64,000 nucleotides of DNA, taken from IMG/VR virus record IMGVR_UViG_3300025138_000032, positions 5,688-69,687 of that record, one strand, 5' to 3'. The notes below the pieces were generated by a model. It did no database searches, was not told the DNA's origin, and saw only the letters and a program-made list of their open reading frames with translations. The translations under genes were made by a program, and so were the position numbers. This DNA is from a virus. This document shows, piece after piece, positions 1 to 8,611 of the stretch (its first letter is position 1; each line of letters starts with the position of its first letter).

Positions 1-1
1 A

Positions 2-2161
2 AATGAAAGAGTAGATGACAGAGTTAATGCATTACTAGTTGCCGGAACAGGCATTACATCTACATACGATGATGCCGCTGGAACACTTACACTTAACGGA
101 CAAGTTGGTGATGTAACAAGTGTTGTCGCTGGAACTGGTCTAACAGGTGGTGGAACAAGTGGTGATGTAACAGTAAATGTTGTTGGTGGTACAGGTATAA
201 TCGCAAATGCGAATGATATCGCAATCGATACTTCTGTAACAGTAGATTTAACTACTAGTCAAACACTTTCAGGCAAAACACTAACATCTCCAATCTTAAA
301 TACTGCTCTATCTGGTACTGCATTCTTAGACGAAGACGACTTCTCAAGTAATGCGAATGATAAAGTTGCATCTCAACAATCTATTAAAACATATGTTGAT
401 GCATCTGTTGCCGCTAAAGACAATACAGACGAAATCACTGAAGGTTCATCAAATCTATACTTCACAAATGAAAGAGTAGACGATAGAGTAGATGCTCTAC
501 TAACTTCTGGTGTCAATGTCGCTATGACATATGACGATGCAAATGGAAGTTTAGAGATTAGAGTACCTTTTGAGAATATACAAGATACAGTTGGTACTCA
601 GATTGCAACCAATGGTTCACATACAGGTCTTACTGCAACATATGATGATGCTGGTGACGGCGCTATAGACCTTGCAGTATCAACATCACATGTTAGGGGT
701 TTAATATCTGCTGGTGGTGACTTATCATACAACAGTACAACTGGTGTAATGAGTTTCACAAACGATGCTGGAGATATTTCTTCAGTAGTTGCTGGAACTG
801 GTACAACAGGTGGTGGAACTGCTGGCGATGTAACAATTAATGTTATTGGTGGCGATGGTATTACTGCAAACGCAAACGATATCGCATTATCATCTTCAGT
901 CGCTGGTGATGGTCTTGCATTCTCAAGTGGTATTCTTGCAGTAAATGTAGATGATTCATCAATCGAAACAAGTTCAGACACATTACAAGTAAAAGCAAGT
1001 GGTGTCACAAATGCCATGCTGGCAGGGTCAATCGGTGCAGATAAACTTGCAGGTTCAATAGGGAACGCAAAACTATCTAACTCATCAATTACAATAGACG
1101 GAAGTGCTGTTTCATTGGGTGGTTCAATAACTACTACAAATACACAACTTACACAAGAACAAGTCGAAGACTTTGTTGGTGGTATGTTAGATGGTACCGA
1201 AACAGGTATCTCTGTATCATACGATGATACAAATGGTAATCTTGACTTTGTTATTGGCGCTGACGACATTACTAACGATATGTTGGCAGGGTCAATTAAT
1301 CAATCCAAACTTGCAGGTTCAATTGCAAACGCAAAACTTGCTAATAGTACGATAACAATTGATGGACAATCAGTTGCATTGGGTGGTTCAGTCACAACAA
1401 CTAACACTCAATTATCAACAGAGAATGTACAAGATATCGCTGGGGCGATGTTCTCAAGTAATACTGAAAGTGGTATTACTGCAACATATCAAGATGCAGA
1501 TGGTACAATCGATTTAGATGTTAATGACCCAACAATATCCTTGACAGGCGATGTGACAGGTTCTGCTACAATGACCAATTTAGGTAATGTTAGTATCTCT
1601 ACTACAGTCGCTGCTAACTCAGTCGCACTTGGAACAGATACAACAGGTAACTATGTCGCAGGTGTAAGTGCAGGAACTGGTGTCTCAGTAAGTGGTTCTG
1701 GAGAAGGCGCAACTTCAACAGTAAGTATTGGACAGGCAGTTTCAACATCAAGTAATGTTCAATTTGCAAACTTAGTGTTATCAGGCAACTTGACAGTTAA
1801 TGGTGCAACATCAACAGTTAGTTCAACTAACACAACAATCGAAGATGCATTGATAGAATTAGGGACAGGTACTTCTGGTACGCCTTCTAACGATGCAGGT
1901 TTTGTTATTGAAAGAGGAAGTTCTGACAATGTATTCATTGGTTGGGACGAGAGTGCAGATGCGATAACATTTGGTACTGGTAGTTTTACTGGTGCATCTA
2001 CAGGTAATTTAAGTATTACACCAAGTGCAGTTAATACAGGCGCCTTGACGATTACTAATGCTAGTAACTCAGGCGGAACTGCGAGAAACATATATCAGTC
2101 AACATCAGCTCCAGGCGGAAGTGATGGCGCAGTTGGCGATTTATGGGTTCTCTACTCTTAA
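2..2161 (+). CDS. Long tail-fibre/adhesin-like structural protein (5' end outside the window)
   Basis: The frame of ORF 524..2161 is open back to base 2. It is G/S/T/A/D-rich with internal repeats (NERVDDRV; TITIDGxxVxLGGSxTTTNTQL twice; YDD motifs) and ends in a typical fibre tip, SAPGGSDGAVGDLW. Confidence 0.75.
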   Translation, partial: NERVDDRVNALLVAGTGITSTYDDAAGTLTLNGQVGDVTSVVAGTGLTGGGTSGDVTVNVVGGTGIIANANDIAIDTSVTVDLTTSQTLSGKTLTSPILNTALSGTAFLDEDDFSSNANDKVASQQSIKTYVDASVAAKDNTDEITEGSSNLYFTNERVDDRVDALLTSGVNVAMTYDDANGSLEIRVPFENIQDTVGTQIATNGSHTGLTATYDDAGDGAIDLAVSTSHVRGLISAGGDLSYNSTTGVMSFTNDAGDISSVVAGTGTTGGGTAGDVTINVIGGDGITANANDIALSSSVAGDGLAFSSGILAVNVDDSSIETSSDTLQVKASGVTNAMLAGSIGADKLAGSIGNAKLSNSSITIDGSAVSLGGSITTTNTQLTQEQVEDFVGGMLDGTETGISVSYDDTNGNLDFVIGADDITNDMLAGSINQSKLAGSIANAKLANSTITIDGQSVALGGSVTTTNTQLSTENVQDIAGAMFSSNTESGITATYQDADGTIDLDVNDPTISLTGDVTGSATMTNLGNVSISTTVAANSVALGTDTTGNYVAGVSAGTGVSVSGSGEGATSTVSIGQAVSTSSNVQFANLVLSGNLTVNGATSTVSSTNTTIEDALIELGTGTSGTPSNDAGFVIERGSSDNVFIGWDESADAITFGTGSFTGASTGNLSITPSAVNTGALTITNASNSGGTARNIYQSTSAPGGSDGAVGDLWVLYS

Positions 2162-2188
2162 TAAATAACCATTTAAGGATTATATAAT

Positions 2189-4255
2189 ATGGCGACAGGT
2201 TCACAAAAGGTCAAAACACCAACAGGTTGGAATTCTACAAGAGGTGCATGGGTAAAAACTGCATCTGGTACTTGGAAAGATGCAGAACAAATCTATGTCA
2301 AGACTCCAACAGGTTGGAATAACGCTTCAGGACAGGCAAGTGTCCAACAACCTTATCCGTACATTGCTAACGCTCAAGAACCCAATATAAGAAATAAACA
2401 AAACCCTTATCCTTATATTGCTAACGCTCAACAACCGAATATAAGAAATGCACAACAACCGTATCCTTATATCGCAAACAATCAAGAGCCTAATATTAGA
2501 GATGCAAGACAACCTGCGATTTATCAAAATCCAGTAAGCGCACAAGAACCTAATATTAGAAGTCAACAAGAACCTAATATTAGAAGTCAACAAGAACCTA
2601 ATATTAGACCGGCGAGACAACCTTCTACATATCAACATAGAAGTCCGTCAACATATAGAGACCCTAGAACATATCAACATCCGACTACCTATCAGCATAG
2701 AAGTCCTTTGACTTATCAACATAGAAGTCCATTGACTTATCAGCATAGAAGTCCGTTGACATATCAACATAGGTCTCCTTCTACTTATCAACATAGAGAA
2801 CCGAACACTTATAACCATAGGTCACCTTATAGAAGTCCGTTTACTTACAATCATAGAAGTCCTTTGACATATCAGCATAGGTCGCCATTTACATATCGTA
2901 ATCCGTTTACCTATAATCATAGAAGTCCGTTGATTTATCAACATAGGTCTCCTTATAGAAGTCCGTCCACTTATCAACATAGAGAACCGAACACTTATAA
3001 CCATAGGTCACCTTATAGAAGTCCGTCCACTTATCAACATAGAGAACCGAACACTTATAACCATAGGTCGCCATTTACATATCGTAATCCGTTTACCTAT
3101 AATCATAGAAGTCCGTTGATTTATAACCATAGGTCGCCACTTACATATGACCATAGGTCGCCATTTACATATCGTAATCCGTTTACCTATCAACATAGAA
3201 GTCCTTTAACATATAATCATAGAAGTCCGTTGATTTATCAGCATAGGTCGCCATTTACATATCGTAATCCGTTTACCTATAATCATAGAAGTCCGTTGAT
3301 TTATCAGCATAGAAGTCCGTTGACATATCAGCATCAAAGTCCTTCGACATATCAGCTTCCGTTTACATATCGTAATCCGTTTACATATAACCATAGGTCG
3401 CCATTTACATATCGTAATCCGTTTACCTATCGTAATCCGTTTACATATAACCATAGGTCGCCTTCTACATATAACCATAGGTCGCCTTCTACATATAACC
3501 ATAGGTCGCCATTTGGATATCAGCTTCCGTTTACCTATCGTAATCCGTTTACATATAACAACAGACAACCGTTTACTTACAATCATAGAGAACCGTATAC
3601 TGTTAATGCAAGACAACCATTTACATATAATGCTCGTACTGGAGTTAATGTTCAGACTGCATCACAACAACCAAGTAGTTACTCATTCCGTAACCCAATC
3701 ACTTTCCCACCAGGTGGTGGCGGAGGCGGCGGCGGAGGTTGCTTTGCTCCAGGTTCAATGATATGGCTTGCAGATGGAAGTCATTCGCCTATCGAGTCAT
3801 GTGTTCTTGGTCAATATGTAATGACTTGGAACGAAAGTACAAAACTTCTAGAACCTAGAGAGATATCTCTAATCATGAAACCAAGAATGTGTCCTATATT
3901 TGATGTTACATTCTCAGATGGAAGAATATTACAAATGACTGATACTCACCCATTAATGTTACCAAATGGCCAATGGGGTGCATTTGATGTTGAGAAATCA
4001 ATTAGAGAACATGAATGGATGCAAGATATTGAAACGCATGAACTTACAGTTGGCGATAGTGTCTTTAGTATGTTAGATGGTATAATGTTTGACAGACAAG
4101 ACGAAATGGGCTTAGAAATAGTATCTATAGAAGAACATTCTGAAATGGAAGTACATAACTTAAGTGGAGTTTATGAAAACAATAACTTCTTTGTTAATGG
4201 AATGCTCGCTCATAACTTTGGTAATCAGAGTCAGAATACCCAGGCGAAGAACTAA
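2189..4255 (+). CDS. Repeat fibre protein A: VKTxxGW N-terminal motifs, short QEPNIR tract, long TYxHRSP tract, Gly9 linker, C-terminal Hint domain
   Basis: Repeats are visible in the translation. The Hint domain starts CFAPGSMIWLADG, has TDTHPL (block B) and ends VHNL...FFVNGMLAHN. Confidence 0.85.
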   Translation: MATGSQKVKTPTGWNSTRGAWVKTASGTWKDAEQIYVKTPTGWNNASGQASVQQPYPYIANAQEPNIRNKQNPYPYIANAQQPNIRNAQQPYPYIANNQEPNIRDARQPAIYQNPVSAQEPNIRSQQEPNIRSQQEPNIRPARQPSTYQHRSPSTYRDPRTYQHPTTYQHRSPLTYQHRSPLTYQHRSPLTYQHRSPSTYQHREPNTYNHRSPYRSPFTYNHRSPLTYQHRSPFTYRNPFTYNHRSPLIYQHRSPYRSPSTYQHREPNTYNHRSPYRSPSTYQHREPNTYNHRSPFTYRNPFTYNHRSPLIYNHRSPLTYDHRSPFTYRNPFTYQHRSPLTYNHRSPLIYQHRSPFTYRNPFTYNHRSPLIYQHRSPLTYQHQSPSTYQLPFTYRNPFTYNHRSPFTYRNPFTYRNPFTYNHRSPSTYNHRSPSTYNHRSPFGYQLPFTYRNPFTYNNRQPFTYNHREPYTVNARQPFTYNARTGVNVQTASQQPSSYSFRNPITFPPGGGGGGGGGCFAPGSMIWLADGSHSPIESCVLGQYVMTWNESTKLLEPREISLIMKPRMCPIFDVTFSDGRILQMTDTHPLMLPNGQWGAFDVEKSIREHEWMQDIETHELTVGDSVFSMLDGIMFDRQDEMGLEIVSIEEHSEMEVHNLSGVYENNNFFVNGMLAHNFGNQSQNTQAKN
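2354..3643 (+). repeat. Coding tandem repeat tract A: 58 units of 4/6/8/10 aa (1290 nt)
   Basis: Mostly Pro-terminated units such as NIRSQQEP, LTYQHRSP, FTYRNP and YRSP. Confidence 0.95.
3740..4216 (+). other. Hint (intein-like/BIL-type) autoprocessing domain within protein A
   Basis: Cys1 follows poly-Gly; TxxH motif; terminal His-Asn followed by Phe rather than C/S/T; no endonuclease insert. Confidence 0.85.
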
Positions 4256-4303
4256 AATGATAATACTAACAAACAAAAATATGATAGTAAGGGGTAATAT
4301 CTA

Positions 4304-5722
4304 ATGCCACAACAACCGGTAATAGCAAACGCTCAGACGACTGTTAGGTCTCCAAGCATAGGACAACAACCTTATATTGCTAATGGTCAAACACCATTTA
4401 TTCAACCTACGCAGGGTCCTGCTATAAGAAACGGCCAGACGCCGTATATTGCGAATGGGCAGTCACCTAGTAATGCAAGAAGTCCGAGAAACGCACAGCA
4501 ACCTAATATTAGAAATAATCAAGAACCTAATATTAGAAATAATCAAGAACCTAACATTAGAAGTGCCCAATCACCTAGTAATGCACAATCACCTAGTAAC
4601 GCACAAGAACCTAACATTAGAAGTGCCCAGTCACCTAGTAATGCAAGAAGTCCAAGAAACGCACAAGAACCTAACATTAGAAGTCAACAAGAACCTAACA
4701 GTAGAAGTCAACAAGAACCTAATATTAGGAATGCTCAGTCACCTAGTAATGCACAACAACCTAATAGTAGAAGTCAACAAGAACCTAATATTAGAAACCA
4801 ACAAGAACCTAACATTAGAGATGCTCAGTCACCTAGTAGCGCACAGCAACCTAACATTAGAAGTCAACAACAACCTAATATTAGAAGTCAACAAGAACCT
4901 AATATTAGAGATGCTCAGTCGCCTAGTAATGCACAAGAACCTAATATAAGAAGTTATCAGTCTCCTTATATTGCTAACGCACAAACATCAGCACAAGAAC
5001 CTAATATAAGAAATTATCAGTCTCCTTATATTGCGAATAGACAAAATACAGCACAACAACCTAATAGTAGAAGTCAACAAGAACCTAATATTAGAAATGC
5101 TCAGTCACCTAGTAATGCACAAGAACCTAACATTAGAAGTCAACAAGAACCTAATATTCGTTCAGCACAAGCATCAGCACAAGAACCAAACATAAGAAGT
5201 TATCAGTCTCCTTATATTGCGAATGCTCAGAATCCTTTTATTAGAAATCAACAAGAACCTAATATTAGAAATCAACAAGAACCTAACATTAGAAATCAAC
5301 AAGAACCTAATATAAGAAACAAACAGACTACTTCTAATTATCAGAATCCTGTAAATGCTCAGAATCCATTTATTAGAAATAGACAGACACCATTTACATA
5401 TGACCATAGAAGTCCGTTGACATATGACCATAGGTCACCATTGATTTATAATCATAGAAGTCCGTTTACTTACAGGCATCCTGGAAATAGTCAGACTCCG
5501 TTTACCTATCAACATAGAAGTCCTTCAACATATGCTAGACAAGGTCAAACACCTTTCACATATCAACATAGAAGTCCTTCGACATATGCTAGACAAGGTC
5601 AGACGCCAACAACCTATCAACATAGAAGTCCTTCGACATATGCTAGACAAGGACAAACACCTGTTATCCGTTGGGATGGTGTTCTATCGCAGACCTGGCC
5701 AGGCACTCCTATATCGTCATAA
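4304..5722 (+). CDS. Repeat fibre protein B: long QEPNIR/AQSP tract followed by a short TYxHRSP tract
   Basis: Translation; SD-like AAGGGG upstream; same repeat vocabulary as protein A. Confidence 0.85.
   Translation: MPQQPVIANAQTTVRSPSIGQQPYIANGQTPFIQPTQGPAIRNGQTPYIANGQSPSNARSPRNAQQPNIRNNQEPNIRNNQEPNIRSAQSPSNAQSPSNAQEPNIRSAQSPSNARSPRNAQEPNIRSQQEPNSRSQQEPNIRNAQSPSNAQQPNSRSQQEPNIRNQQEPNIRDAQSPSSAQQPNIRSQQQPNIRSQQEPNIRDAQSPSNAQEPNIRSYQSPYIANAQTSAQEPNIRNYQSPYIANRQNTAQQPNSRSQQEPNIRNAQSPSNAQEPNIRSQQEPNIRSAQASAQEPNIRSYQSPYIANAQNPFIRNQQEPNIRNQQEPNIRNQQEPNIRNKQTTSNYQNPVNAQNPFIRNRQTPFTYDHRSPLTYDHRSPLIYNHRSPFTYRHPGNSQTPFTYQHRSPSTYARQGQTPFTYQHRSPSTYARQGQTPTTYQHRSPSTYARQGQTPVIRWDGVLSQTWPGTPISS
4373..5662 (+). 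repeat. Coding tandem repeat tract B: 58 units (1290 nt), mirror of tract A in unit lengths
   Basis: Units such as NIRSQQEP, SNAQEP, AQEP and STYARQGQTP. Confidence 0.95.
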
Positions 5723-5749
5723 ATATAAGACAATTTAGGAATTTACATT

Positions 5750-7297
5750 ATGAGTATCAAAAGCAAATCATTCGAGCATACAAAGGAATTACTCCAAGGA
5801 CTCGACCCAACAGATAAGAGTTTTCATCTACAGTTGGGTCAGTTCGATGTTCTAAAAGAATACAAAGAAACAGACACATACAAATCATTAAAGTATGTTA
5901 CAGAGAATCACACCGGAAAACTAAAACAAGTTAAATGGGGTGACATGACTAAACTAATCAAGGAAGAGAAATTTCTTGGTTGGAATAAACTACAGTCCCA
6001 TGCATGGGCATATCATTACTTTCTACCCCACGGATATACTGCACCGGAAGAAACTCCAGTACCAGGAATTTCGGGAATGGATTTTAAAAATTCTAACAAT
6101 GAATATCAAAAGTTAGAAGACTTCACTGATAAAAAACTAAATGACCAACAGAATAACAGTATCAATTCTGTATATTATCATGGCGCCAAGGCTCATTGGT
6201 TAGTAGATAGTATCAGAGAAGAGGGTCTATGGAATGCTATTCAAGGCACTGTAAGTTTAGCAGGAAAAAATAAAGATGGAGAACAGATGTATCAGTTATC
6301 AATACATCCAGGTTCAGTTCGTTCTGGTGTATTTGAAACAATGGATGACCCAAATTTAGATTTATGGATATGGGACAATCATGATGCTATACCTTTACCA
6401 GAGACATCTATAGATGAAATGATTGATGAGATGAAAGGGCAACTTATAGAACGAGATGCAGAACACTATTCAATATCTTTTGGATATACTCGTGGTTACT
6501 TAGAGATACATAGTGACTTATTGAAGATGAACTTCAGAGGAAGTGTAACCGATTATAACATGAAAGTTAACCAATTGTCAAAGGGTAAACATCTAAACAT
6601 ATACATTGGTTACGATTCTAGACATACTGATATCGCTGAGTTAAGTGCAAAATGTGTTAAAAGTAGTATATTATCTGGTGCCGGCAGAGGCGATGTGCAT
6701 GATGTATTAGGAGATTGGACTCCTGAGATAAAGTTTCTTGACATATCAAAGATTCCAGAGTATAATAGAGAGTATGCAGCTCAATCAACAGAGTTCACAT
6801 ATAGTAGATTCTTAATTCCTTACTTGGAAAACTATGAAGGATTTAGTATTTTTATTGATGATGATATACTATTCAATGAAAGTATCTTACCAATGTTCTA
6901 CTACTTAGACTTAGACGATGCAGTTGCATGTGTACAGTATGACTTTGATAGTTATGCTGAAACAAAATTTAACGGTGAAAAGAATGTATCTTATCCTAAA
7001 AAACTTTGGTCTTCTTTGATGATATTTAATAATGGTCATGAAGACTGTAAGAAACTTACACCAGAAGTTGTTAATACTGAAAGTGGTAAGTATCTACATC
7101 AATTTGAATGGACAGATAAGATATCAGAGATACCAGAGTGGTATGTTATAACAGAAGGACACGATACAGTAGAAGATAAGTGGCGTGCTTGTGCTATACA
7201 TTACACACGAGGCGGTCCTTGGATTGAAGATATGGATATCTCTCAGATAGAACACCTAAATATGTATGAAAGATTAAAAAATAAACATCAAAACTAA
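5750..7297 (+). CDS. Fusion: ParB/Srx-like N-terminal domain plus GT-A (GT8-like) glycosyltransferase
   Basis: C-terminal half has IYIGYDSR, QSTEFTYSRFLIP, DDD, WSSLMIFN and HYTRGGPW, typical of phage GT8-like proteins. N-terminal half has LVDSIREEG...HPGSVR, loosely ParB-like. Confidence 0.7.
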   Translation: MSIKSKSFEHTKELLQGLDPTDKSFHLQLGQFDVLKEYKETDTYKSLKYVTENHTGKLKQVKWGDMTKLIKEEKFLGWNKLQSHAWAYHYFLPHGYTAPEETPVPGISGMDFKNSNNEYQKLEDFTDKKLNDQQNNSINSVYYHGAKAHWLVDSIREEGLWNAIQGTVSLAGKNKDGEQMYQLSIHPGSVRSGVFETMDDPNLDLWIWDNHDAIPLPETSIDEMIDEMKGQLIERDAEHYSISFGYTRGYLEIHSDLLKMNFRGSVTDYNMKVNQLSKGKHLNIYIGYDSRHTDIAELSAKCVKSSILSGAGRGDVHDVLGDWTPEIKFLDISKIPEYNREYAAQSTEFTYSRFLIPYLENYEGFSIFIDDDILFNESILPMFYYLDLDDAVACVQYDFDSYAETKFNGEKNVSYPKKLWSSLMIFNNGHEDCKKLTPEVVNTESGKYLHQFEWTDKISEIPEWYVITEGHDTVEDKWRACAIHYTRGGPWIEDMDISQIEHLNMYERLKNKHQN

Positions 7298-7311
7298 ATT
7301 ATGGAGTTATT

Positions 7312-7863
7312 ATGAATATGTTAATTTATTGTGAGAATGGTCATCTTACTATCAGAAAACCAAATGGCCTAGAGTGGAGACACGAGAATGTCGACAAACC
7401 AGAATTAGGATTTGACTATGATGTTTTAATCTATGATGATATCGAAGTTAAGATTATGGAGTGGAAAGACGATGTTCAGTTTGATGACCAAGTTAAAGTT
7501 TCGCTTACAGATGTAGAGTCAGATGCAATTGAGAATTACATTGATAATTCTACACCACCTAATGATGTAACATTAGCAAATCAATACAGTCAACAAATCA
7601 ATAATGTTTGTAAAGACTATGTAGAACAACAAATAGAATCTTATGGATTTGAAAGTTTAATAGATACCATGGCAGCTGCCAGAGATGGTTCGAATCACCC
7701 TTTAAGGTCAGATGCAAGAAGAGCTTTAGAATACTATGATGTAATGTGGAATATTTACATCAATGTAATGAATGAAGTCAAGGCAACTAGAGAAGACTTA
7801 CTGCCAGATGTTGAAGAGTTTATTAATAGATTTCCTCAACCACAACAAGCATTGATTGAATAG
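7312..7863 (+). CDS. Putative tail-fibre assembly/chaperone-like protein
   Basis: C-terminal segment YGFESLIDTMAAA...RRALEYYDVMW resembles fibre-assembly proteins; lies next to fibre genes. Confidence 0.45.
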   Translation: MNMLIYCENGHLTIRKPNGLEWRHENVDKPELGFDYDVLIYDDIEVKIMEWKDDVQFDDQVKVSLTDVESDAIENYIDNSTPPNDVTLANQYSQQINNVCKDYVEQQIESYGFESLIDTMAAARDGSNHPLRSDARRALEYYDVMWNIYINVMNEVKATREDLLPDVEEFINRFPQPQQALIE

Positions 7864-8611
7864 TAGTATGTCTAAGTTTAACTTAGAAATAGTCAAGATA
7901 GATAAACCCTTTGCTATAAAAGACATGCCTATGGGAAATAAAATCTATGTAATTGATGACTATCTTGAAACATCAACACATCATTGGATGAATAATAGTG
8001 TTACTCGAGGACCTAGATGGTGTAAATCAAATCAAGTAAACGCTCAACATCCTACAGGTTTGCCACATCATTCCCTTTGGGGAGCATCTTTCTTTAAGAC
8101 AGATAGTAATGGCGCACCAATGATGGAAAAGGGCGAGAATGATTGGACAACTGAAGCCGCTAGATGGTTTAATAGAAAAATATGTACAGATTTTCTATTC
8201 AAATGGAAAAGATTTCAATACATGGGTACTAATTCTCAAACTCATGGCCAACACGGAACAACTCACTCAGATTGTGCAGAAGAAGATGATTGGAACTTAT
8301 CGTTTCTATATTATTATAACACATTCTGGAATCCTGCATGGGGTGGTGATTTAAGATTCTATGAACCCGATGTTTATCAAGCAGGTTTAGACGGTAGAGA
8401 TGAACACATAGAAAAACATTCAATAGGCAGTGTCGAGTTTAAACCAAACAGACTATTGATGTTTGACGGAAGAATACCTCATGGTGCAGATGCACCAACT
8501 TCTAGAGCCAGATATGCAGATAGATGTTCTATAGTACTTAGAGGCGATGAGATAGAACTTATTGAAAAGGAAGAATTATATAATGCCAACGATAGATTTC
8601 ACTACATTTAA
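7856..8611 (+). CDS. 2OG-Fe(II) oxygenase, prolyl-hydroxylase-like
   Basis: HSD (HxD), WGGDLRF, PNRLLMFDGRIPH and a distal Arg. Confidence 0.8.
   Translation: MNSSMSKFNLEIVKIDKPFAIKDMPMGNKIYVIDDYLETSTHHWMNNSVTRGPRWCKSNQVNAQHPTGLPHHSLWGASFFKTDSNGAPMMEKGENDWTTEAARWFNRKICTDFLFKWKRFQYMGTNSQTHGQHGTTHSDCAEEDDWNLSFLYYYNTFWNPAWGGDLRFYEPDVYQAGLDGRDEHIEKHSIGSVEFKPNRLLMFDGRIPHGADAPTSRARYADRCSIVLRGDEIELIEKEELYNANDRFHYI

Noticed and set aside
3740-4216. Canonical mobile intein
   Set aside because: There is no homing endonuclease, the +1 residue is Phe, and the C-terminal flank is only 12 aa.
4253-4303. Stop-codon readthrough fusing A and B
   Set aside because: The genes share a frame, but two TAA stops intervene and B has its own SD-like sequence. 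Nothing suggests genome-wide recoding, since TAA ends most genes.
2327-5431. Minus-strand and alternative-frame ORFs across the repeat genes (e.g. 2327..2638, 3206..3616, 4449..4949)
   Set aside because: They are shadows of the periodic coding repeats, with no SD or promoter and against the uniform + strand orientation.
2354-5662. CRISPR array or DNA inverted repeat as an explanation of the repeats
   Set aside because: Units are codon multiples with synonymous variation and no unique spacers. The reverse complement of B units (e.g. aggttcttgttgacttctaatatt) does not match A units.
2189-5722. Diversity-generating retroelement behind the repeat variation
   Set aside because: No reverse transcriptase in the window and no adenine-specific TR/VR pair seen.
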